Shown here: positions 9,118 through 18,580 of the stretch, piece after piece
How positions within the stretch are numbered: the first letter of the stretch is position 1
How the letters are laid out: every line of letters begins with the position of its first letter
Assembly: GCA_963699965.1 (NCBI GenBank)
Contig: CAVOVX010000004.1
Coordinates: 452,944 to 516,943 of the forward strand
From: an uncultured Chloroflexia bacterium
GTDB taxonomy: Bacteria; Chloroflexota; Limnocylindria; Limnocylindrales; CSP1-4
DNA: 64,000 nucleotides
Direction of reading: 5' to 3'
Notes under the pieces: generated by a model
What the model saw: only the letters and a program-made list of their open reading frames with translations
The model's database searches: none
Told to the model about the DNA's origin: nothing
Made by a program: the position numbers and the translations under genes

Positions 9118-9894
9118 ATGGATTCCAGCAGACCCACCGAGGCGCCAGGCCTGACTCCGGACGCAATCGAATTCGTCCGCTTCTGCTACCGCCGCCGGAG
9201 GGTCGGCTGGCCGGAGCTGTACGACGAGATGTGCGCCGTCGCCGGTCGTGGCCTCTACCGCGGCTGGCGGTTCGCCGAGCTCGAGGAGCACGGGATCGGG
9301 TTTAGCCTCCACCAGACCCTCGAGCTTGCCCGGATCGCCGGTCAGGTTGCCGTGGAGGAGGGTGATCGTCGCGGCCGTTCGGCCGATCCGCCGCCCGGGC
9401 CAGCCGGGCGACCGGCAGACGCGGCCGTCGAGCCAACGGTCCACGGCGTAACGTCGACCGAGCTCGTCGTCGACGTCCCGGTCGTCGGAGTTTCGATGGT
9501 GGAGGCTCCAGCCTCCGTGACCGTCAGCCGAGCCGAGCAGGTGATCGACGTTCCGATCATCGCCCGTCCCGAGGGCGGCCCGACCGAACCCCCGCCACCC
9601 GAGCCGTCGACTCCGTCCCGGCCAGCCCTGGCCCCGTCGATGATCAGGAGCGCCGCGGGCGCGAACTCGAGCCAGTCGCCGGAGGTGCGGCGACGAACCG
9701 GACTCATTCCACGACCCTCGGCCAGCCGGCCGGGGGTCGTGCTCGTCGCCGGGACCGCGGCTAGGCCCGGATCCGGCGCCGGGCCATCTCGCCTTCGATC
9801 TGGCGCTCGGCGTCCACGTAGCGGTCGATCTGATCGCGGAGCTGGTTCGCCTCCGGCGCATAGAGGTGAACCTGCTGCTGGAGGATGTAGCTGA
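9118..9894 (+). CDS. hypothetical protein (conserved-looking N-terminal domain, Pro/Ala-rich tail); 3' end uncertain
   Basis: ATG 9118 preceded by GGAGAGGAGGGG, in frame with track ORF 8926..9894. N-terminus MDSSRPTEAPGLTPDAIEFVRFCYRRRRVGWPELYDEMCAVAGRGLYRGWRFAELEEHGIGFSLHQTLELARIAG looks like real protein. The last ~130 nt overlap a plausible minus-strand gene, so the true end may be earlier. Confidence 0.4.
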   Translation: MDSSRPTEAPGLTPDAIEFVRFCYRRRRVGWPELYDEMCAVAGRGLYRGWRFAELEEHGIGFSLHQTLELARIAGQVAVEEGDRRGRSADPPPGPAGRPADAAVEPTVHGVTSTELVVDVPVVGVSMVEAPASVTVSRAEQVIDVPIIARPEGGPTEPPPPEPSTPSRPALAPSMIRSAAGANSSQSPEVRRRTGLIPRPSASRPGVVLVAGTAARPGSGAGPSRLRSGARRPRSGRSDRGAGSPPAHRGEPAAGGCS

Positions 9895-9988
9895 GCCGGC
9901 GGCTCGTCATCCGGACGTGATCGAGGTTCTTGATGAGCACCAGCGGGTCCATCGCGGCCAGCTCACCCGGGTCGTACATCCGCTCCAT
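9761..9988 (-). CDS. small hypothetical protein (75 aa)
   Basis: Track ORF 9761..9988. MERMYDPGELAAMDPLVLIKNLDHVRMTSRRLSYILQQQVHLYAPEANQLRDQIDRYVDAERQIEGEMARRRIRA has balanced, non-shadow composition. Its start overlaps the 3' end of the methyltransferase-like gene. Confidence 0.4.
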   Translation of the reverse strand: MERMYDPGELAAMDPLVLIKNLDHVRMTSRRLSYILQQQVHLYAPEANQLRDQIDRYVDAERQIEGEMARRRIRA

Positions 9989-11388
9989 GAGCGAATTCTA
10001 GACGGCGCGCAGGCGGCGAGGCGGCCAGCTCCCAATCGACCGGCAGGCTGGCGCCGTTGACGGCCCGGCGTCGGCCGGCCTCGGACGCGCCGAGGATCAG
10101 GATCCGGTCGAGCTTGGTGGCCTGGCCGGCTTCGTCGCCCCAGAGCCTGGGTCATCTTCCGGCTCGGAGTGGACGTCGTCGAGGGCGATCCCCGCCAGCC
10201 GGTAGCCGGTCGGCTCGGCGGCCGAGGTCCAGACGGCCTCGGCCAGCCCGATCCCCGTGGCGATCCGGCGACCGCGATCGGCCTCGACGTCGCCGATCAC
10301 GAGGACGACGACGGCGTCATCGGCCAGCGCTCGCCGGAGGCCTTCCAGGACGTCGCCGAGGAACCGCAGGTACGCCGTCTTGTGGTGAGCATCGTCGAGA
10401 GCGGCGTCGATCGCGGCGGAGTCGAACCCGAGGAACCACGTCCGGAGCCAGTTGTAGTAGCCGTACTTGACGACGCGGAGGTACGGCGGCGAGGTCACGA
10501 CGAGGCGTGCCCGATCGGGCAACCCGCGCGCGCGCAGCGCAGCCCGGCGCGTTCGCCCGCATCCCGGGCGTCTCCCAGCAGGGCGATCCCGCGGAGCGGC
10601 GGCAGCGGTTCGCGGTAGAGCCGGCCGAGCTTCGCCTCGAGACAGGCGAAGACGTCGCGGTCGGGCGACTTGAAGTCGGTCCGGGCGACGAAGTCCCGCA
10701 CGTAGCGGGGGGCCATGCTGAACGTGTTCGGCATGACCTCGGACAGGTAGGTCGCGCTCTTGCCGTGGAGGATCCCGGTGATCGCCGCGGCGAGGAACCG
10801 GTCGACCCGATCGTCGAGGCGCAGCGACGACCGGACGAACAGGAGCTGGGCGAACGTTCGCGGGGCGAAGCACAGGGCGACCTCGACCGGGACCGGCTCG
10901 ACCGTCGACCCGGCGTCGAGCGGCCCGAGGCCGCTGCCCGCGGCCGGCACCCGGTGCCCCTCCGGACCGGGCGCAGCCGATGACGCGGAGCGCGAGCGTC
11001 AGCCACGATCGGCCTCGCCGGCCCAGCGCAGGCGGAGCTCCGTCAGGCGGGTCTGCGCCTCGGCCTGCGGGGCCGGGTCGACCTTCGACGCGGTCAGCAG
11101 GTGGGCGAACGGATTGAGGTCGTTGCCGACCCCGATCCGGCCTTCCGCGCACGCCTGGAGCGGGGTGGTGCCGCGGCCGCTGAACGGATCGAGGACGACG
11201 TCGCCAGGTCGCGAGTAGCGGGCGATGAACGCGTGGGTCAGGGCGGCCGGGAAGCTCGCCAGGTAGGAGCACATGGGGTGGAGCGCGGTGGCCCCACAGC
11301 CGCTGCTGGTCCTTCCACTCCGGCGCGATCGGCAGCGCGGGCAGCTCGCGCGGCGCGAGGCCCGGCAGGTCGAGGGCGAGCTGGGCAC
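9963..11388 (-). pseudogene. SAM-dependent N4/N6-type DNA methyltransferase-like gene, at least three frame changes, ends uncertain
   Basis: Segments on the minus strand in three frames. LPALPIAPEWKDQQRLWGH / HPMCSYLASFPAALTHAFIARYSRPGDVVLDPFSGRGTTPLQACAEGRIGVGNDLNP (motif I). ITGILHGKSATYLSEVMPNTFSMAPRYVRDF. VVTSPPYLRVVKYGYYNW (SPPY motif IV)...VVLVIGDVE. LWGDEAGQATKLDRILILG. Confidence 0.65.
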
Positions 11389-11931
11389 TCCGCCGATGGG
11401 CTGACGACGGGCGGCACGACGGTTGTGGCTGGCGCGATCGACCGGAGCGACTCGGCCGAGTCTGAGCGAGCGGGCAAGGGCAGACCCGATCCTTTGCGTT
11501 TCACGATACGGTCCCGGTCGGCCGACGGGTCGCGGAGCATAGCACGGGAGTCCGGCGATTCAAGTGGTCCGATCGGCCCACCCCTGCCAGCCGGCCCTTG
11601 GCTCGAACCGGGCGCCGTCGTACCCTAGCGCGGAGTCCGAGGCTGTGTGCGGAACCGCGCCGGTCGGAACCGGGCTCGGAGGACGGCGTCCCTGCCGCCC
11701 TCCGCGCCCGGGGTGTCCGGCGAGGGCCCGTCCCCACCGTCCGGTACTGCCGGCGAAGAGGCCACCAGGACTCATCGGGCCGCCGCTCGTTCGAACCGAT
11801 CGTTCGGCGGCGGCCCAGCCGTTCCCGCTCACGGGCCGTCGCGGATCTGCTCGTCTCGACTCCGTCCCGGCTAGATCGTCGAACCCGCCGTCGCCTTGAC
11901 CCGTCCTGCGCGATCGGCTAGAAGAAGGCCG

Positions 11932-13296
11932 ATGGTCGCGCACCGGGTCGTCATCGTCGGCGGCGGGTTCGGCGGGCTGTACGCGGCGCGCGGGCTCGGC
12001 GGGACCCGCGCCTGAACGTCACGCTCGTCGACCGCCGGAACTACCACCTGTTCCAGCCGCTGCTCTACCAGGTCGCGACCGGGCGCCCTGGCGCCGGGCG
12101 AGATCGCCCAGCCGCTGCGCTCGATCCTGCGCCGCAACACGAACACGACGGTGCTGCTCGGCGAGGCCGTCGGCGATCGACCCGGAGCGGCGCGAGGTCG
12201 CTGCTCTCCGACGGCGGCCCGATCCCGTACGACACCCTGATCGTCGCGACCGGGCGCCCGCCACTCGTACTTCGGCCACGACGACTGGGCCGCGATCGCG
12301 CCGGGCCTCAAGTCGATCGACGACGCGACCGAGATCCGGCGCCGGATCCTGATCGCGTTCGAGGCGGCCGAGCGCGAGCACGACCCGGAGCGTCGGGCCG
12401 AGTGGATGACGTTCGTGCGTCGTCGGCGGCGGCCCGACCGGGGTCGAGCTGGCGGGCGCACTCGGCGAGATCGCCCACGACACGCTCCGCCGCGACTTCC
12501 GATCGATCCGCCCGCCCGACGCCCGGATCATCCTCATCGAGGCGATGGATCGGATCCTGCCGACCTACCCACCCGATCGCTCGCGCTCGGCGCCAGCGGC
12601 AGCTCGAGCGGCTCGGCGTCGATCGTGCGGACGCGGACCAGGGTCGTCTACATCGACGACAGCTGCGTCCGGGTCGACGGCCGACGGCGGCGAGCGAGCA
12701 GATCCCGGCCCGGACCGTCCTGTGGGCGGCGGGCGTGCAGGCGTCGATCTTCGCGCAGGCCGTCGGCCGCGGCGACCGGCGCCGAGACGGACCGGGCGGG
12801 CCGGATCGTCGTCCGCCCGGACCTGACGATCCCCGGCCACCCCGAGATCTTCGTCATCGGCGACGCCGCGATCCAGCCGTGGAAGCCGGACCGGCCGGTG
12901 CCGGGCGTGGCGCAGGGCGGGATCCAGGGCGGCACGTACGCCGCGGCGGCGATCCGTCGACGGCTGTCCGGCGAGGCCGCACCCGCCGTTCCGCTACCGC
13001 GACAGCGGCGACGTCGCGGTCATCGGGCGGCTGGCCGGGCGTGACGAACATCCCGTGGCTCGGGCCGTTCGGCCGGCAGGGCGGCTTCACCGCCTGGCTG
13101 CTCTGGCTCGGGATCCACATCATCTACCTGATCGGGTTCGCGAACCGGATCGTCGTGATCGTCGCGCTGGGCGTGGAGCTTCCTGACCCACGGCCGTGGG
13201 TCGCGGCTGATCACCGGGTCAGCCGCTCGTTGCCGCCGATCGCCGAGCCGGAGCCGCCCAGTCATCGGGAGGGTGGGTAGGCGGCGCGCGGGTTAG
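11932..13296 (+). pseudogene. ndh: type II NADH:quinone oxidoreductase (NDH-2), about a dozen frame changes
   Basis: ATG 11932: MVAHRVVIVGGGFGGLYAARGLGG. Then DPRLNVTLVDRRNYHLFQPLLYQVATG, ALAPGEIAQPLRSIL, LLSDGGPIPYDTLIVATG, ARHSYFGHDDWAAIAPGLKSIDDATEIRRRIL, VVGGGPTGVELAGALGEI, TVLWAAGVQAS, GHPEIFVIGDAA, GGFTAWLLWLGIHIIYLIGFANRI, RWAWSFLTHGRGSRLIT. Each is recovered only by switching frame. Confidence 0.8.
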
Positions 13297-13332
13297 GATC
13301 GTGGCCTGCCGATCATCCGCCGGGAAGGTCGA

Positions 13333-13768
13333 ATGCCAAAGGTCCTCAAGCTCGCTCGCCTCGCAACTCTGCCCGAGACGCGCAACCTGATCCGTGGCAG
13401 CGGCACGCTCGGCGACCCTCCGCGAGGTGGCGCAGCGAGCCCGGACGGATCGCGCCGGCCTGGTCCGCGACCTCCGGAAGCCGGCGGTGGCGCGCGAACT
13501 CATCCGCGGCGCGGCGACCCATCCGGCGACACGGGAGCTGGCGACCGCAGGTTGGATCCTGGTCCCCAGCCGCTACGTTCCCGCCGGCTGGGTCGCCATG
13601 TGGGCGGCGCGCGAGGCCTACCGCCGCTACGCGGATCCCGTGGCCGAGCTGATCGACGCCCGGTTCTTCGGTCCGCCGCGACCGATGAAGAACGTGACTC
13701 CCGATCCGGTCGCGGACGATCATCCGTCCGAACCGCAGCGCGGGCCTGAGCCGCGACCTCGGCCTTGA
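13333..13768 (+). pseudogene. hypothetical protein, probable single frame change near 13392 (or a GTG 13394 start)
   Basis: MPKVLKLARLATLPETRNLI (frame of 13333) continues best as VAAARSATLREVAQRARTDRAGLVRDLRKPAVARELIRGAATHPATRELATAGWILVPSRYVPAGWVAMWAAREAYRRYADPVAELIDARFFG (track ORF 13394..13768). Confidence 0.4.
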
Positions 13769-13789
13769 CGGGCGACCCCGGGCGAGGCG

Positions 13790-14666
13790 TCAGCCCGCTG
13801 GTTCTGCCTCCAACAGCGGCGCAAGACGGAAGATCTGGCGGCGTCCCGACAGGCCCTTGAGCTCGTGCGCCCCGGCGTCTTCGAGGACGAGCCCGGAGCC
13901 CTCGAGGAGGTCGCTCGTCGTCGACGAGACGAAGACCTCATTGGGCCCGGCCAGCGACATCACTCGCGCGGCCGCGTGGACGGCGACCCCGCGGACATCG
14001 CTGCCGACGAACTCGACCTCGCCCGTATGGATGCCCACCCGAATCGACAGGCCCAGCGCCTGGGCCGAGCGGACCATCGCGGCTCCGCAGCGGACGGCCT
14101 TCGTCGCGCCGTCGAACACCGCCAGGAACCCGTCGCCGGTCGTCTTCAGCTCGCGACCTCGGAAGCGGTTCAGGTCGTCACGCAGGCGGCTGTTGTGACG
14201 GCGCAGCAGCTCGTGCCAGGAGTCGTCGCCCATCGCCTGGAGTCGGGCCGTCGAGTTCGACGATATCGGTGAAGAGCACGGTTGCGAGGACACGCTCGCC
14301 GGGCCCCTCCGGTGCGATCCCCACGATCCGGGCGCTCGTCCACTCGACGGTCACCCACGGTTCCTCGCCGACCACCCAGGCGTCGTGACCCGGCGGGATC
14401 TCGAAGATGGAGTCCGGCGGGATGTCGATTGCGTCGCCGTCGTCCATGACGACGTGGAGCAACCCCGAGACCGAATGGCCGAGGTGATGGATCTGGCAGC
14501 TCCGGGTGCCCATGATCGGGGCGAGGTCGACCGACCAGCGCCAGCCGGGGCTCCAGCTCGACCGCCCTACCGTCGCGTCGTCAAGGCTGACGACCTCCGC
14601 TCGACCCTTCGGGAACGTACGGATCTCGTCCGGGCTGGCGAAGCTCTTGGACTGGAGACGGGGCAT
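13790..14666 (-). pseudogene. cupin domain - class III adenylate/guanylate cyclase fusion, one frame change near 14265
   Basis: ATG 14666: MPRLQSKSFASPDEIRTFPKGRAEVV...CQIHHLGHSVSGLLHVVMDDG..FEIPPGHDAWV (cupin) ...RVLATVLFTDIV. After a frame switch: NSTARLQAMGDDSWHELLRRHN..GRELKTTGDGFLAVFDG..RVGIHTGEVE..VRGVAVHAAARV (cyclase, track ORF 13790..14293). Confidence 0.7.
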
Positions 14667-14873
14667 GTGAGTTGCGCCTTCCCGATTCGAGCCTGCTGCG
14701 TGTTGCACGCGCCCCGATCGTACCTCCGGAGCCGGGTCGCACGGCCGACGATCGACTGACCGTCGCGCGAGGGCGCAGTCCGTCGGCCCCACCAGTCTGG
14801 TTCCAATGGCAGGGGCGCCGAGTCGTCTCGCAAGCGCAGGATCGTGTTAGCGGCGAACGGAGGGCAACCAAGG

Positions 14874-15110
14874 ATGATGGATCGCTGGGACATGATGAAT
14901 GGCTGGAACGGGACGGCCGAGTTGACCATGCTCGTGGGCATCCTGGTCGTAGCGATCGTCGTCCTGATCGGCTTCTGGCTGATCATTCGGTCGACTCAAG
15001 GTGCGCACCCAGCTGGCCCGACGGCAATGGACATCCTGCGCGAGCGATACGCGCGCGGGGAGATCACCAAGGACGAGTTCGAGACCGCCAGGCGCACGCT
15101 CGGCGGTTAG
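14874..15110 (+). CDS. SHOCT domain membrane protein
   Basis: ATG 14874 preceded by GGAGGG, in frame with track ORF 14844..15110. One TM helix (LTMLVGILVVAIVVLIGFWLII). C-terminal ILRERYARGEITKDEFETARRTLGG is the SHOCT motif. Confidence 0.7.
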   Translation: MMDRWDMMNGWNGTAELTMLVGILVVAIVVLIGFWLIIRSTQGAHPAGPTAMDILRERYARGEITKDEFETARRTLGG

Positions 15111-15217
15111 TCCTGACGAACGGCAATGCCGCCCGCGCTGACGCATCTGTCGCGACTCGCGCGCTGGTATCGCGACCCTCCCGCTGGCCCCGACCCGGGT
15201 TGCAACGCCGTGTCATG

Positions 15218-15234
15218 ATACTCCCAGGGAGTAT
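15218..15234. promoter_or_regulatory. perfect 8-1-8 palindrome ATACTCCC-A-GGGAGTAT, operator candidate upstream of copB
   Basis: Seen directly. It ends 20 nt before the copB ATG (15255). AT-flanked C-run/G-run architecture resembles operators I recall for CsoR-family copper repressors. Confidence 0.5.
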
Positions 15235-15254
15235 GCGACCGGAGTTCGCGCCGG

Positions 15255-17306
15255 ATGGACCACGGAGCCCACAACCAGCATCCCGGGACAGGCGCCGCCC
15301 GCCCTGACACCAGGCACGATCGCCACGAGGGTCACTCGGTGGCGATGTTTCGCGACCGGTTCTGGCTGAGCCTCGCGCTCTCGATCCCCGTCCTCATCTG
15401 GAGCGGCGACCCGCAGGACTGGCTCGGCTACACCGCGCCGACGTTCCCGGGCTCCGCCCTCATCCCGCCGCTCTTCGGAACGATCGTCTTCCTCTACGGC
15501 GGCCTGGTCTTCCTCCGAGGCGGTCGGTCGGAGCTGGCCGCCCGCCGGCCCGGGATGATGACCCTGATCTCGCTCGCGATCATCGTCGCGTTCGTCACGA
15601 GCTGGGCCGGCACGCTCGGATGGTTCGAGGTCGAGATCTGGTGGGAGCTCGCGACCCTCATTACGATCATGCTGCTCGGCCACTGGCTCGAGATGCGCTC
15701 GATCGCGCAGGCTCGCGGCGCCCTGTCGGCCCTCGCCGACCTGTTGCCGGACACTGCCGAGCGGGTGACCGCGAGCGGCGCAGAGACCGTCCCGCTCATC
15801 GCGCTGGGAGTCGACGACATCGTCCTCGTCCGCCCTGGAGCCCGCGTCCCGGCCGACGGAGTCGTGGTCGACGGCGCCGCCGACGTCGATGAGTCGATGA
15901 TCACCGGTGAGTCACGGTCGGTCTCGAAAGAGCCTGGTGACAACGTCGTGGCGGGGACCGTCGCCGCCGGTGGCAGCCTCCGCGTTCGCGTCACCGCGGT
16001 CGGGGAGGAGACCGCGCTGTCGGGGATCATGCGGATGGTGGCCGCCGCGCAGGCCTCGGGATCGCGGGCACAGGCGCTGGCGGATCGCGCGGCGGCGATC
16101 CTGTTCTACGTGGCGCTCGCCGCCGGTTTGGTGACTCTTGCGTTCTGGTGGCTCCAGGGCGACCCAGAAGGCGCCCTCGTCCGGACGGCGACGGTGCTCG
16201 TGATCGCGTGTCCGCACGCCCTGGGGCTGGCCATCCCGCTCGTGATCGCGATCAGCACCTCGCTCGGCGCACGGAACGGCCTGCTCGTGAAGGATCGGAT
16301 CGCCCTCGAGCGAGCGCGCGATATCGAGTTGGTCGTCTTCGACAAGACCGGGACCCTGACCAGGGGACAGCCGGTGGTTGCAGCCGTCGCTGCCGTCGGC
16401 GGCGACGACGCAGGGCTCATCCGGCTCGCCGCGTCGGTCGAGGCCGACTCGGAGCACGCCCTGGCCCGTGCGATCGTCGTCGAGGCCGAGCGGCGCGGGG
16501 TAGCAGCGGCGATCGCCACCGACTTCGAGGCGTCGGCCGGCCGGGGCGCTCGAGCCACCGTCTCCGGTCGGACCGTCGAAGTTGGTGGGCCGCGTCTCCT
16601 CGCAGACCTTGGTCTCGAGCCCCTCCCTGCCACGGCCGCCTGGGCGGGCGCCGGCCAGACCGTTCTGCATGTCGTCGCCGATGGGCGCGTCGTCGGTGCC
16701 CTGGCCATCGAGGATGAGATCCGGCCGGAGTCGGCCGAGGCAATCGCCGACCTCCACCGAATGAAGATCAAGGTTGCGATGATCACCGGCGACAGCCAGG
16801 CCGTCGCCGAATCGGTCGCTCGTCGGCTCGGGATCGACGAGGTGGCGGCGCAGGTCCTGCCGGGCGACAAGGCTGCCGCGGTCAAGCGCTTCCAGCAGGG
16901 TGGACGCACGGTGGCAATGGTCGGCGATGGCGTCAACGACGCGCCCGCACTGGCGACCGCGGACGTCGGGATCGCGATCGGGGCGGGAACCGACGTCGCC
17001 GTCGAGGCGGCCGGGATCGTCCTCGTCCGGAGCGACCCGCGCGACGTCGTCGGCGCGATCCGACTGTCCCGGGCAACCTACTCGAAGATGCGTCAGAACC
17101 TCGCCTGGGCGACCGGCTACAACCTCGTTGCGATCCCGGTCGCCGCCGGGATCCTTGCGCCGTGGGGGATCGACCTGTCGATGGCGGTCGGCGCGGTCGC
17201 CATGAGCGCTTCCACGATCATCGTCGCCGCGAACGCCCAGCTGCTCCGCCGGCTCCGGCTCCGCCCGTCGTTGCTTGAGATTCGCGCCGGCGAGACCCTG
17301 GCTTGA
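15255..17306 (+). CDS. copB: P1B-type heavy-metal (copper) translocating ATPase, CopB-like (CPH motif, His-rich N-terminus)
   Basis: Track ORF 15255..17306, intact. MDHGAHNQHPGTGAARPDTRHDRHEGH, ITGES, VIACPHALGLAIP (CPH), VVFDKTGTLT, MITGD, MVGDGVNDAPAL. Confidence 0.9.
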   Translation: MDHGAHNQHPGTGAARPDTRHDRHEGHSVAMFRDRFWLSLALSIPVLIWSGDPQDWLGYTAPTFPGSALIPPLFGTIVFLYGGLVFLRGGRSELAARRPGMMTLISLAIIVAFVTSWAGTLGWFEVEIWWELATLITIMLLGHWLEMRSIAQARGALSALADLLPDTAERVTASGAETVPLIALGVDDIVLVRPGARVPADGVVVDGAADVDESMITGESRSVSKEPGDNVVAGTVAAGGSLRVRVTAVGEETALSGIMRMVAAAQASGSRAQALADRAAAILFYVALAAGLVTLAFWWLQGDPEGALVRTATVLVIACPHALGLAIPLVIAISTSLGARNGLLVKDRIALERARDIELVVFDKTGTLTRGQPVVAAVAAVGGDDAGLIRLAASVEADSEHALARAIVVEAERRGVAAAIATDFEASAGRGARATVSGRTVEVGGPRLLADLGLEPLPATAAWAGAGQTVLHVVADGRVVGALAIEDEIRPESAEAIADLHRMKIKVAMITGDSQAVAESVARRLGIDEVAAQVLPGDKAAAVKRFQQGGRTVAMVGDGVNDAPALATADVGIAIGAGTDVAVEAAGIVLVRSDPRDVVGAIRLSRATYSKMRQNLAWATGYNLVAIPVAAGILAPWGIDLSMAVGAVAMSASTIIVAANAQLLRRLRLRPSLLEIRAGETLA

Positions 17307-18329
17307 TGATGCCCACCACCAGCCCCGCGCTGACGTCTGTCAGGACGCACTGGCTGCGGGTCGCGGCCTGGTACCTCGAGTACGGCTCGCTCGTCCGCCG
17401 GGTGGGCAACGTGCTCCTGTTCCTGTGGTTCGTCTGGCAGACCTATGCCCGGATCTCGTTCTTCGTGCGGCTCAACTTCCCGTTGGGGATCGACGCCACG
17501 ATCTACTACCGGGGCGTCGTTGCGTGGCTCGACGGCTCAGATCCCTGGGCGGCTTCTTTGTCGGTCAATGGCTATGCCTACCACTACGCGGGGTCGCCCG
17601 TCACCACCGTACTGATGGCCCCCGCGAGCCTGCTCGGGGAGCAGCTGTTCACGTACTGCTGGCTTGGGCTCACCCTGGCGGCGACCGTGTGGACCCTTCG
17701 TCGTCTCCATTTCCCGTTGTGGTGGCTGCTGTTCCCGCCGATCGCCGAGGGCCTGTTCTCGGGGAACCCGCAGCTGGTCGTCCTGGCCCTGCTCGTGGCG
17801 AACAACTCGGTCGCGTCCGCCCTGGCGACCGGGCTCAAGGTCTACGCCTTCATCCCGCTGTTCGGCGAGACCCGCTGGCGGCAGATCGGCATCGCGGTGC
17901 TGTTCAACGCGGCCACGATCCTCGTGGCCCCCGGGCTCTGGCTCGACTACCTGCGGGAGCTGGGCTCGATCTCCAGCCGACTCGAGGTCGAGTCGCTCCA
18001 GGGCCTGTCGGCCTTCTACCACCCGATGTTGCTCGCGATCTGCATCGTGGCGCTCGTACTCGCTCGCTCTGCGCGATCGGCGGGCGGCGGGCTGGCTGGC
18101 GGTGCCCGCGATCTGGCCGTCGAGCCAGTTCCACTATTCGACGATGGCCCTGCCGGTGATGTCGCCGCTGCTGGCCGTCCTGCTGGCCTACCCGTACCTG
18201 CAACTGCCACCGGTGGCGATCGTGCTCGACATCGTCCGCCGGCTCGTAAAGCCATCGATCATGCGTGTCCTGACCACGCCGGGACCGCCGGCCGAGGGCC
18301 AGGAGCGAGCCCAGGCACCATCCGGATGA
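17306..18329 (+). pseudogene. polytopic membrane glycosyltransferase-like protein (GT87/DUF2029-like), one frame change near 18060
   Basis: ATG 17306 overlaps the copB stop. LGIDATIYYRGVVAWLDGSDPW and multiple TM helices in track ORF 17303..18403. The C-terminus continues in the frame of 17664..18329 (LALRDRRAAGWLAVPAIWPSSQFHYSTMALPVMSPLLAVLLAYPYL). Confidence 0.5.
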
Positions 18330-18415
18330 CCATCCTGCCGCGCGTGTTCGGACTTGTCCGTCAGAATGCGCGGGGTGGGCCGTCATGTTCGTCCGTGAGC
18401 TGAACAGCCCTTCTC

Positions 18416-18491
18416 GTCCCCGTAGCTCAGTGGACAGAGCAACCGCCTTCTAAGCGGAAGGTCGCAGGTTCGAATCCTGCCGGGGACGCCA
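18416..18491 (+). tRNA. tRNA-Arg(UCU): tRNA-Arg (anticodon UCU), CCA encoded
   Basis: Hand fold. Acceptor GTCCCCG/CGGGGAC, D arm GCTC-AGTGGACA-GAGC, anticodon loop CTTCTAA (TCT), T arm GCAGG-TTCGAAT-CCTGC, discriminator G, CCA 18489-18491. Confidence 0.9.
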
Positions 18492-18580
18492 ATCCAGCCC
18501 AGACGCTCCGAGCAGCGTTCGTCGACGCGGCCCAGAACGAGACGGCCCGATCCAGCCGCTGAACGACGATCTCGCGCTGT

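Noticed and set aside
9963-11388. Restriction-modification system
   Set aside because: Only a methyltransferase-like gene is present. No endonuclease, specificity or helicase gene is adjacent on either side.
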